Below, piece after piece: positions 13,390 to 26,479 of a stretch of 64,000 nucleotides of DNA (the first letter of the stretch is position 1; each line of letters opens with the position of its first letter). The notes beneath the pieces are model-generated. The model saw only the letters and a program-made list of their open reading frames with translations, made no database searches and was not told the origin of the DNA. Position numbers and translations under genes: made by a program. Source of the DNA: Heptranchias perlo (lineage: Eukaryota); contig NC_090352.1 in NCBI RefSeq assembly GCF_035084215.1, positions 17,670,001 through 17,734,000 on the forward strand, written 5' to 3'.

Positions 13390-13611
13390 TGATGTGGAGA
13401 TGCCGGTGATGGACTGGGGTTGACAATTGTAAACAATTTTACAACACCAAGTTATAGTCCAGCAATTTTATTTTAAATTCACAAGCTTTCGGAGGCTTCC
13501 CCCTTCGTCATTTTCACATCGTTCACCTGACGAAGGGGGATGCCTCCGAAAGCTTGTGAATTTAAAATAAAATTGCTGGACTATAACTTGGTGTTGTAAA
13601 ATTGTTTACAA
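13390..13611. mobile_element. Penelope-like (PLE) non-autonomous insertion: inverted terminal (pseudo-LTR) sequences with a 12-bp TSD
   Basis: Perfect direct repeat ctatcctagtta at 13378-13389 and 13612-13623; arms 13427-13510 and 13528-13611 are reverse complements at 83/84; contains a hammerhead motif, as PLE termini do. Family assignment is by recall, not by search. Confidence 0.8.
13522..13560 (+). ncRNA. Minimal type-I hammerhead ribozyme motif
   Basis: TTCAC (stem I) - CTGACGA core - extra A - GGGGG/atg/CCTCC (stem II) - GAAA - palindromic AGCT stem III - UH - GTGAA (pairs with TTCAC). Confidence 0.75.
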
Positions 13612-14949
13612 CTATCCTAGTTAGGCATCAAAGTGCTTTGTTATCATGAGCATTAACCATAGGTCTTTAGCTAGTTTTAGTATTGACAGCTAATAGACAG
13701 CCAATGCCTCCAATGCTTGGGCATTCCCAGCCACGAGGAGGTCAGTTTAACTGGGAACATTTATTTCTCTGTTGTTATTTTAGAGTCTGACACATGATTG
13801 ACTGATAGAGGATGTTCCTTTGCAGGGCAAGAACGATCCTGACAATTCCTTCTTTTCAGCTCCTGCCTCCCTCCCATTCTGTCACTGAAGCCTCGCTGAT
13901 CAGCTAGGTCACATTTAACCAGACAGTTCAAAATGAGCACCCACATAACTATTGTCAGTGACTGTCAAAATATAAGGAGTCTTCAGTAAATATTGCCAAT
14001 ACCATTCTGAATGGAAGGGCGGGCAGCACAGCTTGTGGACATTCATCATCAGCTGTATTTATATAGGGCTCCTCACCTAAATGAAAATATCTCCATGTAT
14101 TTAACAAGATGGAAAGACACAGAACAGAGAAAGGCAGAAAATTTAGTGGAGGAAGACTGAAGGCACTGCCAAAGAGAAAGGTATTTAGGGGGCTTCTGAT
14201 GGCATAGGGGGAGGTAGCAAGGCAAAGAGGTTTGGAGACATAATTTTAGGGACAAGGGGTAGCAACTGAAAGTGTAGCCTTGGATGGTGGAGCAGGGAAC
14301 AAGTGGTAATGCAATATCAAAGGAGTGGAGGATGCATGCAGGGATATGTGGCTGGAGAAGGCCTCTAAGATAGATGGAAACCATGGATAGAATTTGAAGA
14401 CAGAGATAAGATATTGAAATCAATTTGCTGTTTACATGGAGTAAGTGTACAATACTCCAGAGATGGATGAAATTGGCCAAAATGGGGGTTCAAAGCTCAG
14501 TTCAGGGTAGAATGGGATGCTGAGTTGCTCACCTCAGTGAGCCTGATAGTGTAACCAGGGAGGTTGGTAGAGTCGAGGCCAGAGAAATATAATTGCTGGC
14601 AGGAGCAAAAAAGGATGGCTCCAGTTTTACCAATATAGAGCCAACAGAAACAATAATGCATCCAGTAATTAATATCAGAGAGGCAGTCGGATTAGTCAGT
14701 TCAGAATTAACGGTGAGAAGCATACATTTCAAATGGCACAAAACTGGGCCACTAAACCCGTTTATTACCCTGTACAAACTCAAATGAGCTCAGACAATTA
14801 TTGCAAATTTGCATGTTGTCCCAGTTTACACTAGGGACATAGCAGCAAAAGAACTTTAGCAGCTAAACATATACCAAAATACAGATGATGATGAAAAGTA
14901 TGGCATCTTATCAAGAGCAAATACACAATGGAATAAGTTTTGCAGTGAA

Positions 14950-15260
14950 TATGGGGCTCAAGTCTTATAAAACAGGAGACACTGAGGTAATCTAATTGAA
15001 GTTAAGATTATGAAGGAAAACGACAAGATTCAGCCAAGCAAATTGTTTACTGTGAGGAAGGGTTCAAATACCAGAGAACACGAGTTAAAATTAAGTTAAG
15101 AGCAAGAAGGGAAGTCGGAGAACTTTATCCACCCACAGGGAAATAGACTTGGGAAATAAAATGAATTGGAAAGGCTATTGGAAGCATACTGCATAAATGG
15201 GTTCAAGAGACGGTTGGATGCATTTCTAGCAGGATAGGGGATTGAGCAGGGTGAACAAAA
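14950..15260 (+). mobile_element. Old CR1 3' fragment
   Basis: Degenerate RRLRGNLIEV.KIMK...TREH.LKL; aatgggttcaagagacggttggatgcattt. Confidence 0.6.
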
Positions 15261-15616
15261 GTGGGCCATGGTGTGAGCTCATTGCCACAACACATTGCTC
15301 TGGCAATGTAGGCCAAAAAGTCAGGGAAGTTAGCCACATTCGTGCTTCTACTTTCTATCTCCTGGCTTGTTGTTTACATTTTGTGGCCCTGATAGTTTGT
15401 TAAGGGCGCCATTGCCCTGTTGGTGGATATATCCTAAATCTATTAGAAGCAGCAACTTGAGATATCTGCAAATTAATGGATCTAAATTTTATAGGTGAGT
15501 TGCAAGGCTCCATGGTATGCACCTAAGCAGTCAAAGGTTTGGGCATTCTTGGGGCTGGGATGAGAAGATGGTAGGTCAGGTTTATTCCTAATAAAAGAAT
15601 TGGCTTGTTACTCAGA

Positions 15617-16801
15617 AACAGGGCATTTAGAAAATCATAATATGATTAAGCAGAGTCAACACGATTTTATGAAAGGGAAATCGTGTTTGACAAATCTATT
15701 AGAGTTTTTTGAGGGTGCAACTAGTAGGGTAGACAAGAGGGAACCAGTGGATGTAGTATATTTGGATTTTCAAAAGGTATTCGATAAGGTGCCACACAAG
15801 AGGTTGTTGCACAAGATTAGGGCTCATGGGATTGGGGGTAATATAGTAGCATGGATTGAGGATTGGTTAACGGACAGAAAACAGAGAGTAGGAATAAACA
15901 GGTCATTTTCAGGTTGGCAGGTTGTAACTAGTGGGATGCCACAAGGATCGGTGTTTGGGCCTCAGCTGTTGAAGATAGAGTATAACTTTAGGAAATGTGA
16001 AATTATCCACTTTGGTAGGAAGAATAGAAAAGAAGAATATTTTTTAAAAGATGAGAGACTAAGAAATGTTGGTATTTAGAGGGATTTGGGTGTCCTTGTA
16101 CACGAATCACAGAAAGTTAACATGCAGGTACAGCAAGCAATTAGGAAGGCAAATGGTATGTTAGCCTTTATTGCAAGGGGGTTGGATTATAAGAGTAAGG
16201 AGGTCTTGCTGCAATTATATAGGGCTCTAGTTAGACCACACCTGGAGTACTGTGTACAGTTTTGGTCTCCTTACCTAAGGAAGGATATACTTGCCTTAGA
16301 GGGGGTGCAATGAAGGTTCACTAGATTGATTCCTGGGATGAGAGGGTTGTCCTATGAGGACAGATTGAGTAAAATGGGCCTATATTCTCAGGAGTTTAGA
16401 AGAATGAGAGGTGACCTCATTGAAACATATAAGGTTTTGAGAGGGCTTGACAGGATAGATGCTGAGAGGTTGTTTCCCCTGACTGGAGAGTCTAGAACCA
16501 GGGGTCGTAGTCTCAAGATAAGAAATCGGCCTTTAGGACCAAGATGAGGAAAAATTTCTTCACTCAGAGGGTTGTGAATCTTTGGAATTCACTACCCCAG
16601 AGGGCTGTGGGTGCTCACTCGTTGAGTGTATTCAAGATTGAGATCGATAGATTTGTGGACACCAAGGGATTCAAGGGATATGGGGATAGGACAGGAAAGT
16701 GGAGTTGAGGTAGAAGATCAGTCATGATCTTATTGAATAGCGGAGCAGGCTCGAGGGGCCGTATGGCCTACTCCTGCTCCTATTTCTTATGTTCTTATGT
16801 T
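15617..16801 (+). mobile_element. CR1 LINE: RT region and 3' UTR, 5'-truncated, internal deletion near 15970
   Basis: QHDFMKGKSCLTNLLEFF..VYLDFQKVFDKVPH..GMPQGSVFGP runs straight into KCEIIHFG (the FADD motif is missing); RPHLEYCVQFWSP; tail ttcttatgttcttatg. Confidence 0.93.
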
Positions 16802-18539
16802 ACGCCCATGTACTTTTCTTGTTTCTAAAAGTTCTTATCTTAAATCAGTTCATTTTCCCTTTTCCAAGCTGGTCTATTTAGCCCATTTATGATTTTATAT
16901 GCATGTGCTGCCCTTTTTTTCCATTTAGTTCTCATTCTGGAAGCCTGAATCGTTGCATCTGATAGAGAAAATGACTACCTGGTACCCAGTCAATAATAAC
17001 AGACCACCACGTCTACATAAAACCATAGATATGCTTAGCGTGCAGCATTCCAAATCTGGATTCCAAAGTAGAGTTCCATTAAAATTTTACAATCCATTTG
17101 CCTAAACCTATAATGAAAACAGTTGGATTTACATTACTTACAGTGTGTAAAGGTTTCAGAGTAAAAGTGCAGATAAATGCAGGTTAAATCCAAACTAAAA
17201 TTCTGAACCAACTACAAACTTTAATCTAGGAATCAATTCCTGAGTCTTGCTGCATAAAATTTCTTATCCAAATGAAACACTCAAATGCATAATCCTGGTC
17301 CAAACAAAAACAGTTTTACCAATTATTCATGTTTTCTTTCTTTCATTTTCTGAATATCATCAACGCTGCATAGAGACCAGAGCATACCCCAAGTCTAAAT
17401 CTTTTACACAATATTTTTGTTTAATATTTCTATGAAAAAAAGTATTTCCAATTTCCAGAAAGAATAAGTTGCAGCCTGAATGGGCTGACATTCTGCAATC
17501 AGTGGGTCCCTTCAGTATGTGGACTGATAAACAGGGATGTAATCATGCTGGGTAAATAGGAGAGCAGCATCCAACCCGTGTACCCCTGTAGTTCCTAATG
17601 GATCATACGCTGGTGGAATCTATTAATGGAGCATCCCCACCCCAGCTCATGATCGCAGCCCAATATAGGCACCAACCCGACAGGAATGCAGTATGCTCAG
17701 GGCAGAAATTTTCTTACAAGTAATTTGCAGCAGCAATTGGATCCAACTTTCCAATCTGAACATGTAGATGTGGTGCCAATATAATGGGATTCACTGGTTT
17801 GCCAAGAGAGGTCCAGAAGAATCTCAAGAAGAACAGCCAAAAGTTAGTGATGGGCTCCAAATCAGTCTCAAATTAAACGGTCTTCACCTCTGCTTGAACT
17901 TCAGCTCATAAGGAATGCATTTATTTTAAACAAACCCATTTTAAACAAACTTTTTCTGTGATTTATTATCAGAAAGTTGCTGAATTGAATTCGTTTCATA
18001 TGCAATTTATGAATTTATCCAACATGCAATCTTGACAAATGAGGCACAATCTTGATATTAAGCAAGAACAATCATTTAATTTATGGTAGCAAGATAGTGA
18101 GGAGTTTTTTATTCAAAGAACTTCAACAGATCATTAATAATGATAGGAACAATTCTATTCCTGGGTATATTTTCAAAGGGGAATGCAATCCATGAACCTT
18201 GAAATCCCAAATTACTTTCATTTTTTTATTAATTGCATTCAATGTTTGTTAGTCAAGTAATTTGTAAATACCATCTGTTCTACTTGAGTGTAAATGAAAG
18301 AGCTATTTTTCTGGTTCCAGTGCTGAAGGGAGTGTAGAGCTCACTGACGCAAAACTGGGCCAACCTCGTAGGATTTCCTAAGATTCGGCCATTATGTGTT
18401 CACAACAAGCTGGACCTAAATTAGGCCTGCTGGTGGGAGTTCACTGTTAATGCGCAATGGGAAATAACGCTCAGTTGTAACTCTACAAGGCAGCAGCAAC
18501 TTTTTAAAAGGACTGCTTACTTGTTGCTAGGCGAAAAAC

Positions 18540-19445
18540 TGGAAATGAATGGCTAATAATGCAGACTTCCATTTACAGATGTTACTTTGGAGGCGTTTCT
18601 GCAAGAAGGGAGATTGCTCTGTTTGGGACCCCAAGGCACCTTCCCCATAGGACAACTATACACTTTGCTTGGCTGATGGTGATGAACAGCGTAAACACTT
18701 GTCAAATGGTAAAGGATGTGGAAAGTTTCACTATACCAAGTAGATGGGCAGACATTGCATGTAACAAAACATTTCACCCACTCTACTGAACCATGGATGA
18801 GAGTGCATGCTAGGCCCACAGAGAGCAGGTCTTCCCATAGTTTTGCCTGCCCTGTTACACTGCAACAAGGCACAATTCATTAATGCCACTTCAAAATGTA
18901 GCCACTGTGGACTGCTACTTACTGATGGCATCATGGTTACTTCCTGGATAATGGTCAATAGTACCTCTGTGGCACTTGAACATTGAATGAGTGCAAACCC
19001 TTGTTGTGCATGTAAGCCATAAGGTTGATAGGAGAAACCCTAAAGCTCTCATGGGATCCCTAAAGAAGCCGACCACCTTCCGAAAATTCGGCATCCTGCC
19101 CAGCTGATGCCTCCTTTCCACAGAGAAAGTGGTGAAGGCATTGCCCCTTGCAAATATAAAATCTAATCACTTGCTTGGTGTAGGTGTGCATTGTCCCATG
19201 GGGTGACTTTGAAGCATGATCGCTTCATCCTGAGGTAACCTTCATTTCTATCGGAAGTTGTCCAGATTGCTACCGGAAGAGATTCCAGATTTTGTTTGAA
19301 GCAGATGGCACAGCTGCCTGACAGCCTGTCTTGTGAAGCAGAGGTGGTGAAGACTGGTCTCTTCTGTTATGTGGAAAGATCTATCAACGTGTAACTGATG
19401 AGTGTAGACATAATGCCTCGGGTGTCTTTGCACCTGTATTTGTTT
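18540..19445. mobile_element. Deleted Harbinger relic with convergent Myb/SANT (+, ~18540-18740) and transposase (-, ~18780-19445) remnants
   Basis: + strand: PFTDVTLEA../VSARREIALFG...FAWLMVMNSVN. - strand: RHPRHYVY..ITEETSLHHLCFTRQAVRQLCHLLQ; KGLHSFNVQ; YPGSNHDA. Confidence 0.65.
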
Positions 19446-19482
19446 GCCCCTCACGGACTCCACTTCCTCACATTCATTCCTC

Positions 19483-20917
19483 ACGGCTGAGTGCACTGGA
19501 TACAACAAAGGCTATGGGCTCCAACAACATCCCGGCTGCATCCCACCCCATCAGCCAACTCTTAATTATCAGCAAAGTGATGGATGGTGTCGTCGACAGT
19601 GCTATCAAGCGGCACTTACTCACCAATAACCTGCTCACCCATGCTCAGTTTGGGTTCCACCAGGAACACTTGGCTCCAGACCTCATTACAGCCTTGGTCC
19701 AAACATGGACAAAAGAGCTGAATTCCAGAGGCGAGGTGAGAGTCACTGCCCTTGACATCAAGGCAGCATTTGACCGAGTGTGGCACCAAGGAGCCCGAGT
19801 AAAATTGAAGTCAATGGGAATCAGGGGGAAAACTCTGCAGTGGCTGGAGTCATACCTAGCACAAAGGAAGATGGTAGTGGTTGTTGGAGGCCAATCATCT
19901 TAGCCCCAGGACATTGCTGCAGGAGTTCCGCAGGGCAGTGTCCTTGGCCCAACCATCTTCAGTTGCCTCATCAATGACCTTCCCTCCATCACAAGGTCAG
20001 AAATGGGGATGTTCGGTGATGATTGCAAGGTGTTCAGTTCCATTCGCAACCCCTCAGATAATGAATCAGTCCATGTCTGCATGCAGCAAGACCTGGACAA
20101 CATCCAGGCTTGGGCTGATAAGTGGCAAGTAACATTCGCGCCAGACAAGTGCCAGGCAAAGACCATCTCCAACAAGAGAGAGTCTAACCACCTCCCCTTG
20201 ACATTCAACTGCAATACCATCGCCGAATCCCCCACCATCAACATTCTGGGGGACATCATTGACCAGAAACTTAATCGGACCAGCCACATAAATACTGTGG
20301 CTACAAGAGCAGGTCAGAGGCTGGGTATTCTGTGGCGAGTGACTCACCTCCTGACTCCCCAAAGCCTTTCCACCATCTACAAAGCACAAGTCAGGAGTGT
20401 AATAGAATACTCTCCACTTGCCTGGATGAGTACAGCTCCAACAACGCTCAAGAAGCTCGACACCATCCAGGACAAAGCAGCCCGCTTGATTGGCACCCCA
20501 TCCACCACCCTAAACATTCACTCCCTTCACCACCGGCGCACAGTGGCTGCAGTGTGTACCATTCACAGGATGCACTGCAGCAACTCACCAAGGCTTCTTC
20601 AACAGCACCTCCCAAACCCGCGACCTCTACCACCTAGAAGGACAAAAGCAGCAGGCACATGGGAACAAGACCACCTGCACGTTCCCCTCCAAGTCACACA
20701 CCATCTTGTCTTGGAAATATAGCACCGTTCCTTCATCATTGCTGAGTCAAAATCCTGGAACTCCCTTCCTAACAGCACTGTGGGAGAACCTTCACCACAA
20801 AGACTGCAGCGGTTCAAGAAGGCGGCTCACCACCACCTTCTCAAGGGCAATTAGGGATGGACAATAAATGCTGGTCTTGCCAGCGACGCCCACATCCTAT
20901 GAATGATTTTTTAAAAA
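19483..20917 (+). mobile_element. RT-LINE (CR1/L2/jockey-group) reverse transcriptase and 3' end, pseudogenised
   Basis: QFGF..ALDIKAAFDRVWHQG..AGVPQGSVLGP..MFGDD RT motifs in ORFs 19514-19903 and 20003-20722, separated by a stop. Exact clade not determined. Confidence 0.92.
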
Positions 20918-21321
20918 GAACACAATAAGGAATGCCTATGCTCAGCACTTTGATAGGCCATTTAAATGTCTGCAGCAAGCAACAGAACTAAAATAAAGCC
21001 AGTCGAAGGGCAATACAGCTTTAAGAGGTGCAGGAAGGCATGTCTGGTGACTGTGTGCCAGCAGGCCTGCCCTCTGCTCCAACTATTTATTAAGAAAACA
21101 ATTGAATTTGCACCCCAAATACATCAAATCATGAACCCAGGACATCTCTCAAATTGCCCCAAATGCATAAAATAATGAAACTTGTGCTACAGGCTAGCAC
21201 AAGTCACTTCTGCCCCCACACAATCTCAGCGGAAAACCTGGGCCTGACCAAAACCAGCACAAGGACAAAATTCCAAATGTTCTACTCCTCTGCAGTGTCA
21301 GCATAAGGGGGTGGAATTTCA

Positions 21322-24080
21322 ACATAGAATCATAGAATAATAGAAAGGTTACAGCACGGAAGGAGGTCATTCAGCCCATCGAGTCCGTGCCAGCTCAATG
21401 CAAGAGCAATCCAGCTAGTTCCACTCCCCGCCCTATCCCCGCAGCCCTGCAAATTTTTGCCTTTCAAGTACTTATCCAGTTCCCTTTTGAAGGCCATGAT
21501 TGAATCTGCCTCCACCACTCCCTCAGGCATTAGGATTTCCAGATTCTAACCACTCGCTATGTAAAAAAGCTTTTCCTCATATCACCTTTGGTTCTTTTCC
21601 AATCACCTTAAATCTATGTCCTCTGGTTCTTGGCCCTTCCGCCAATGGGAATAGTTTCTCTATATCTACTCTGTCTAGACCCTTCATGATTTTGAATACC
21701 TCTATCAAATCTCCTCGCAACCTTCTCTGTTCCAAGGAGAACAACCCCAGCTTGTCCAGTCTATCCACTAAAGTCCCTCGTCCCTGGAATCATTCTAGTA
21801 AATCTCTTCTGCACCCTCTCAAAGGCCTTCACATCTTTCCTAAAGTGCGGTGCCCAGAACTGGACACAATACTCCAGTTGTGGCTAAACCAGTGTTTTAT
21901 AAAGGTTCATCATGACTTCCATTCTTTTGTACTCTATGCCTCTATTTATAATGCCCAGGATCCCTTATGCTTTTTTAACCGCTTTCTCAACCTGCCCTGC
22001 CAACTTCAATGAATTGTGCACATATATCCCCAGATCTCTCTGTTCCTGTACCCCTTTTAGAGTTGTGCCCTCTAGTTTATATTGCCTCTCCTCGTTCTTC
22101 CTACTGAAATGTATCAATTTGCATTTTTCTGCGTTAAATTTAATCTAATACGTGTCCGCCCATGCCACCAGCCTGTCTATATCCTCTTGAAGTCTATCAC
22201 TACCCTTCTCACTGTTTACTACCATTCCAAGTTTTGTGTCATTTGCAAATTTTGAAATTGTGCCCTCTACACCCAAGCCCAAGTCATTAATATATATCAA
22301 GAAAAGCAGTGGTCCCAGCACAGACCCCTGGGGAACACCACTGTACACCTCTCTTCAGTATGAAAAACAACCGTTCACCACTACTCTGTTTCCTGTCACT
22401 TAGCCAATTCTGTATCCATGTGGCTACTGCCCCCTTTATTCCATAGGCCGCAATCTTGGATGACAAGCCTATTATGCGGCACTTTATCTAACACCTTTTG
22501 AAAGTCCATATACACCACATGAACTGCATTGCCCTCATCGACCTTCTCTGTTACCTCATCAAAAAACTCTATCAGGTTAGTTAAACACGATTTGCCTTTA
22601 ACAAATCTGTGCTGGCTTTCCCTAATCAATCCACACTCATCCAAGTGACTGTTAATTCTGTCCCGGATTATCGTTTCTATAAGTTTCCCCACCACTGAGG
22701 TTAAACTGACTGGCCTATAGTTGCTGGGTTTATCCTTACACCATTTTTTGATCAAGGGTGTAACATTTGCAATTCTCCAGTCCTCTGGCACCACCTACGG
22801 ATGTTTGGAAGATTATGACCAGTGCCTCCACAATTTCCACCCTCGCTTCCCTCAGCAACCTAGGATGCATCCCATCCAGACTGCTTGACTTATCTACTTT
22901 AAGTACAGCTAGCCTTTCTAGTACCTCTTCTTTATCAATTTTTAGCCCATCCAGTATCTCAACTATATCTTCCTTTACTGAGACTGTGGCAGCATCTTCT
23001 TCCTTGGGAAAGACAGATGCAAAGTACTCATTTAGTACCTCGGCCATCTCCTCTGCCTCCATGAGTTGATCTCCTTTATGGTCCCTAATCAGTCCCACCC
23101 CTCCTCTTACTACCCGTTTACTGTTTACATGCCTGTAGAAGACTTCTGGATTCCCTTTTTTGTTGGCCGCCATTCTATTCTCATACTCTCTCTTTGCCTC
23201 TCTTATTTCCTTTTTCACTTCCCCTCTGAACTTTCTATATTCTGCCTGGTTCTTACTTGTATTATCAACCTGACACCTGTCATACACCCCTCTTTTCCGT
23301 TTCATCTTACTCACTATCTCTTTTGTCATCCACGGAGCTCTGGCTTTAATTGCCCTACCTTTCTGCCGCTTAGGAATGTGCCTAGACTGTTCCTGAACCA
23401 TCTCCTCTTTAAAGGCCGCCCACTGTTCAATTACAGTTTTGCCTGCCAATCTTTGATTCCAATTTACCCTGGCCAGATCCGTTCTCATCCCATTGAAATT
23501 GGCCCTCCTCCAGTTGAGTATTTTTACTTTAGAGTGGTCCATGTCCTTTTCCATAGCTATTCTAAACTTTATGACACTATGATCACTGCTCCCTAAGTGC
23601 TCCCCAACTGACACTTGCTCCACTTGACCCACCTCATTCCCTAGAACCAAGTCCAGCAATATCTCCTTCCTCGTTGGGCCGGAAACATACTGGTTAAGAA
23701 AGTTATCCTGAACACATTTCAAAAATTTCCCCCTCTCTATTATTATTGTTATCTCACTCTATATTTGGATAGTTGAAATACCCAGCTATTAATTGCACCT
23801 CTCTGTAATTTCCTTGCAAATTTGCTCCTCAACATCCTTCCTAGTGGTTGATAGCCTATAGAATACATCCAGTAGTTTAATGGCACCTCTTTTATTTCTT
23901 AATTCTAACCAAATAGATTCTGTCCTGGACCCCTCCAGGACATCCTCTCTCCAGTACTGCAATATTCTCCTTAATCAAAACTGCCACCCCCCCCCCACCT
24001 CCTTTCTTTCCTTCCTTATCTTTCCTGAACACCTTGGATCCAGGAATATTTAATACCCAATCCTGCCCTTTGTAGAGCCA
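21322..24080 (-). mobile_element. CR1 LINE ORF2 (EN C-terminus, linker, RT) and 3' tail, fragmented
   Basis: ORFs 22736-23722 (PTRKEILLDLVL..LGSSDH), 22396-22794 (NYRPVSLTS..YMDFQK), 22145-22348 (GVPQGSVLGP..KFANDT), 21577-21768; tail at 21322-21345. Confidence 0.95.
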
Positions 24081-25399
24081 GTAACAGTAAACAAAAAAGC
24101 ATTATTTTATGTGCAACTCTGTTGTATAACACAATTCATAGGCTCAATTCAGGATGCTCATAAAGGGGCCGAAGGGGTACTAGGTTTACAATGAACGGTT
24201 TAAGTAATTAATCTCAGAGCTCCTGATTGGGACCCCAAAATCTCTGCGGCTGGGGAGGACAGCAAACTGGCAGTGGGGGAGCTGAAATTTGGAGCGGACC
24301 CCACATCTGCCAGGGTTCCACCCTTTTTTCCCCATTGGAAATCCCAGCAATTGTAGAGAAGGCCCGTAATATGCCTGCCTACAAATTAATGGGCATATTA
24401 TAAATGTACTCATCATATGATGGAATTTCCTTATTTATACCCTTGCTGACATTAAGTACATGTGGAAGATTCTGTCACCAGGGTTATTAGGCTAGAGGGG
24501 AGGAATTGAAAAATTGGCAGGACAGTTTCCATTATGCGATCTATTCCTCTCATTGCATTGCTGAAATTAGCAAATGAAACCGGACACTTTGAACACTTTT
24601 TCCCTCCTTCCCAGAACCCACAAGGCGCCTCAGCAAAACTTCTCCCTCCCTTCTAGTCACGCAGATGCTCCAGTTGCACCAGAAATGCTGCAAGTGCACA
24701 CCCTTAACGTTTCAATGACCCTAACCCGAGTATTTTGAATGTGGGCAGGGATCTCAGCAGTGGACAGGCAGATTTCACGCTCCCCCCCCCACCACCTCCC
24801 CCCACCTCGCTGCTCCAGATCACACACGCACCACCCCCCCTCAAAAGCCGTTATTTCTCTTCTTCTTAACTGCTATCAATTGCTCTCTACTCAAAAAGCT
24901 TGGTCAACTCCAGGCTCAGTTTCTCTAATGCATTTCTCATTGGCCTCCTGAGGTCCAGCCAACCCAACTTCCAACTCATCGGAAACTCCATTATTCTTCA
25001 TCCTATCTTCTTAATTTCTGCTCACCTAACGCTCCTGTCCTCACCAACCCCCGCTGGTTCCCCATTCCCCCAGTGCATCCATTTCAAAATCTTGATACAA
25101 ATCCTTCCTCACCTTATTTTGCATCTGCAACCTCCTCCAGCCCCACATCTAAACTGACAATTACTAGCTTTGCTGACTCTTCAAAAACTTCCCTGGTCAC
25201 CATCCCTATCTCCTTCTGTTCAGTGTCCATTCACCTGTGAAGAGCACTGGGACATTTTGTTTTTTTACAATACAAGTGCGAGTTGTTATATTTCTCTACT
25301 TTATTGATGCTGCAGTGGAATCAAATAATAGTGACAGATTTGGAGAGATGGGTGGAGCAAATGGATAAGTGCTTTCAAGGAGTCACTTATCTTCCGCAA

Positions 25400-25740
25400 T
25401 CATCCACTGTGTACTGCACATTGGAACGAGAATGTGGCAAAGAAGTTAAGCGCTGTAGTGACTTTGAGAGCCACTGGCAAAGCATGGCCCCCTGGCCCAG
25501 CCGGCAGCAGGTCCTATTGCGGGCGGCTGCAGAAGTCTGTAATGGCTTACTCGGAGAAGCACAGCTTCCTTCTGCATAGCTCATTCGATAGATCCTAGAA
25601 AGTGACTCCTGGCCTATACACCCTGAGTGCAGGGTGTGGCATCCTACAAGAATCCCTCCTCATCTCCTGTCTGCTAATAAGCTCAGCTGCTGCTGGTTGC
25701 TGAGGTTGCTGCTGCTGCTCCTCTTCCTCCAACTGTTCCT
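25400..25740 (-). pseudogene. Harbinger transposase N-terminal relic
   Basis: RVYRPGVTF*DLSNELCRRKLCFSE*AITDFC..DLLPAGP-GHALPVALKVTTALNFFA; parallels the transposase at 60600-61070. Confidence 0.75.
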
Positions 25741-26479
25741 CCATTTAATGAAAACTGGTAATAATAGTACCCATGATAAGTAGATAAATCTTACTGAGGG
25801 TAAGTAAAGCAAAAATAATTGAGAAAGAAGTGATCTGGAAACTGCAAACGCTCCTGAAAATCCAAATAGCACAAAGATCCTGTGATCCAATTACCCACAG
25901 TTGAATACCCCTTTAAGAACAGCTTTATGTGGCTCTGAGAGACCAATCCCGCTATATTTTATTGACAGGTTGGGCAGTGGGTGGGATATCGGTGATTTTG
26001 GGTCCTGATTGGATCAGAAGACCCCGATTTACATGTATTCTTGAGGCCCCCGCCTGTCTCTGGCGAACGCCTTGGCTGACTCAGTAAAGTGGCAGCAGGC
26101 AAGAATGCGTCAGGACCACAGCTCTGCTGCTAATTTAACCAACCGACTGTCCTGTTCCTGTCGGGAGGCACAGGCAGAGTTAAAAATTGGGCTTATACAG
26201 CATGTTTACTTCAGCACTTTGAAATGTGCCTAGAAAGTTGGCTTGAAGACAAATTTGGTTGAAGGTAGGGGCCATCATTTTAGGCAATGCCTATGGCCAA
26301 AAAGGTTGCAAATAATCTATTAATCTGGTCCGACTGTTGATTTTGCTCCATCTCCTGGTATGATTGGAATTACAAAAGAGACTCAGTTTCCCCTTCCTCC
26401 CACATTCTACAGCCTTTTAAAACCCTTTGCTGACCTCATCTAACCATTGCTGCTTCGTTCGCCTTGTCTTCCATCGAAA

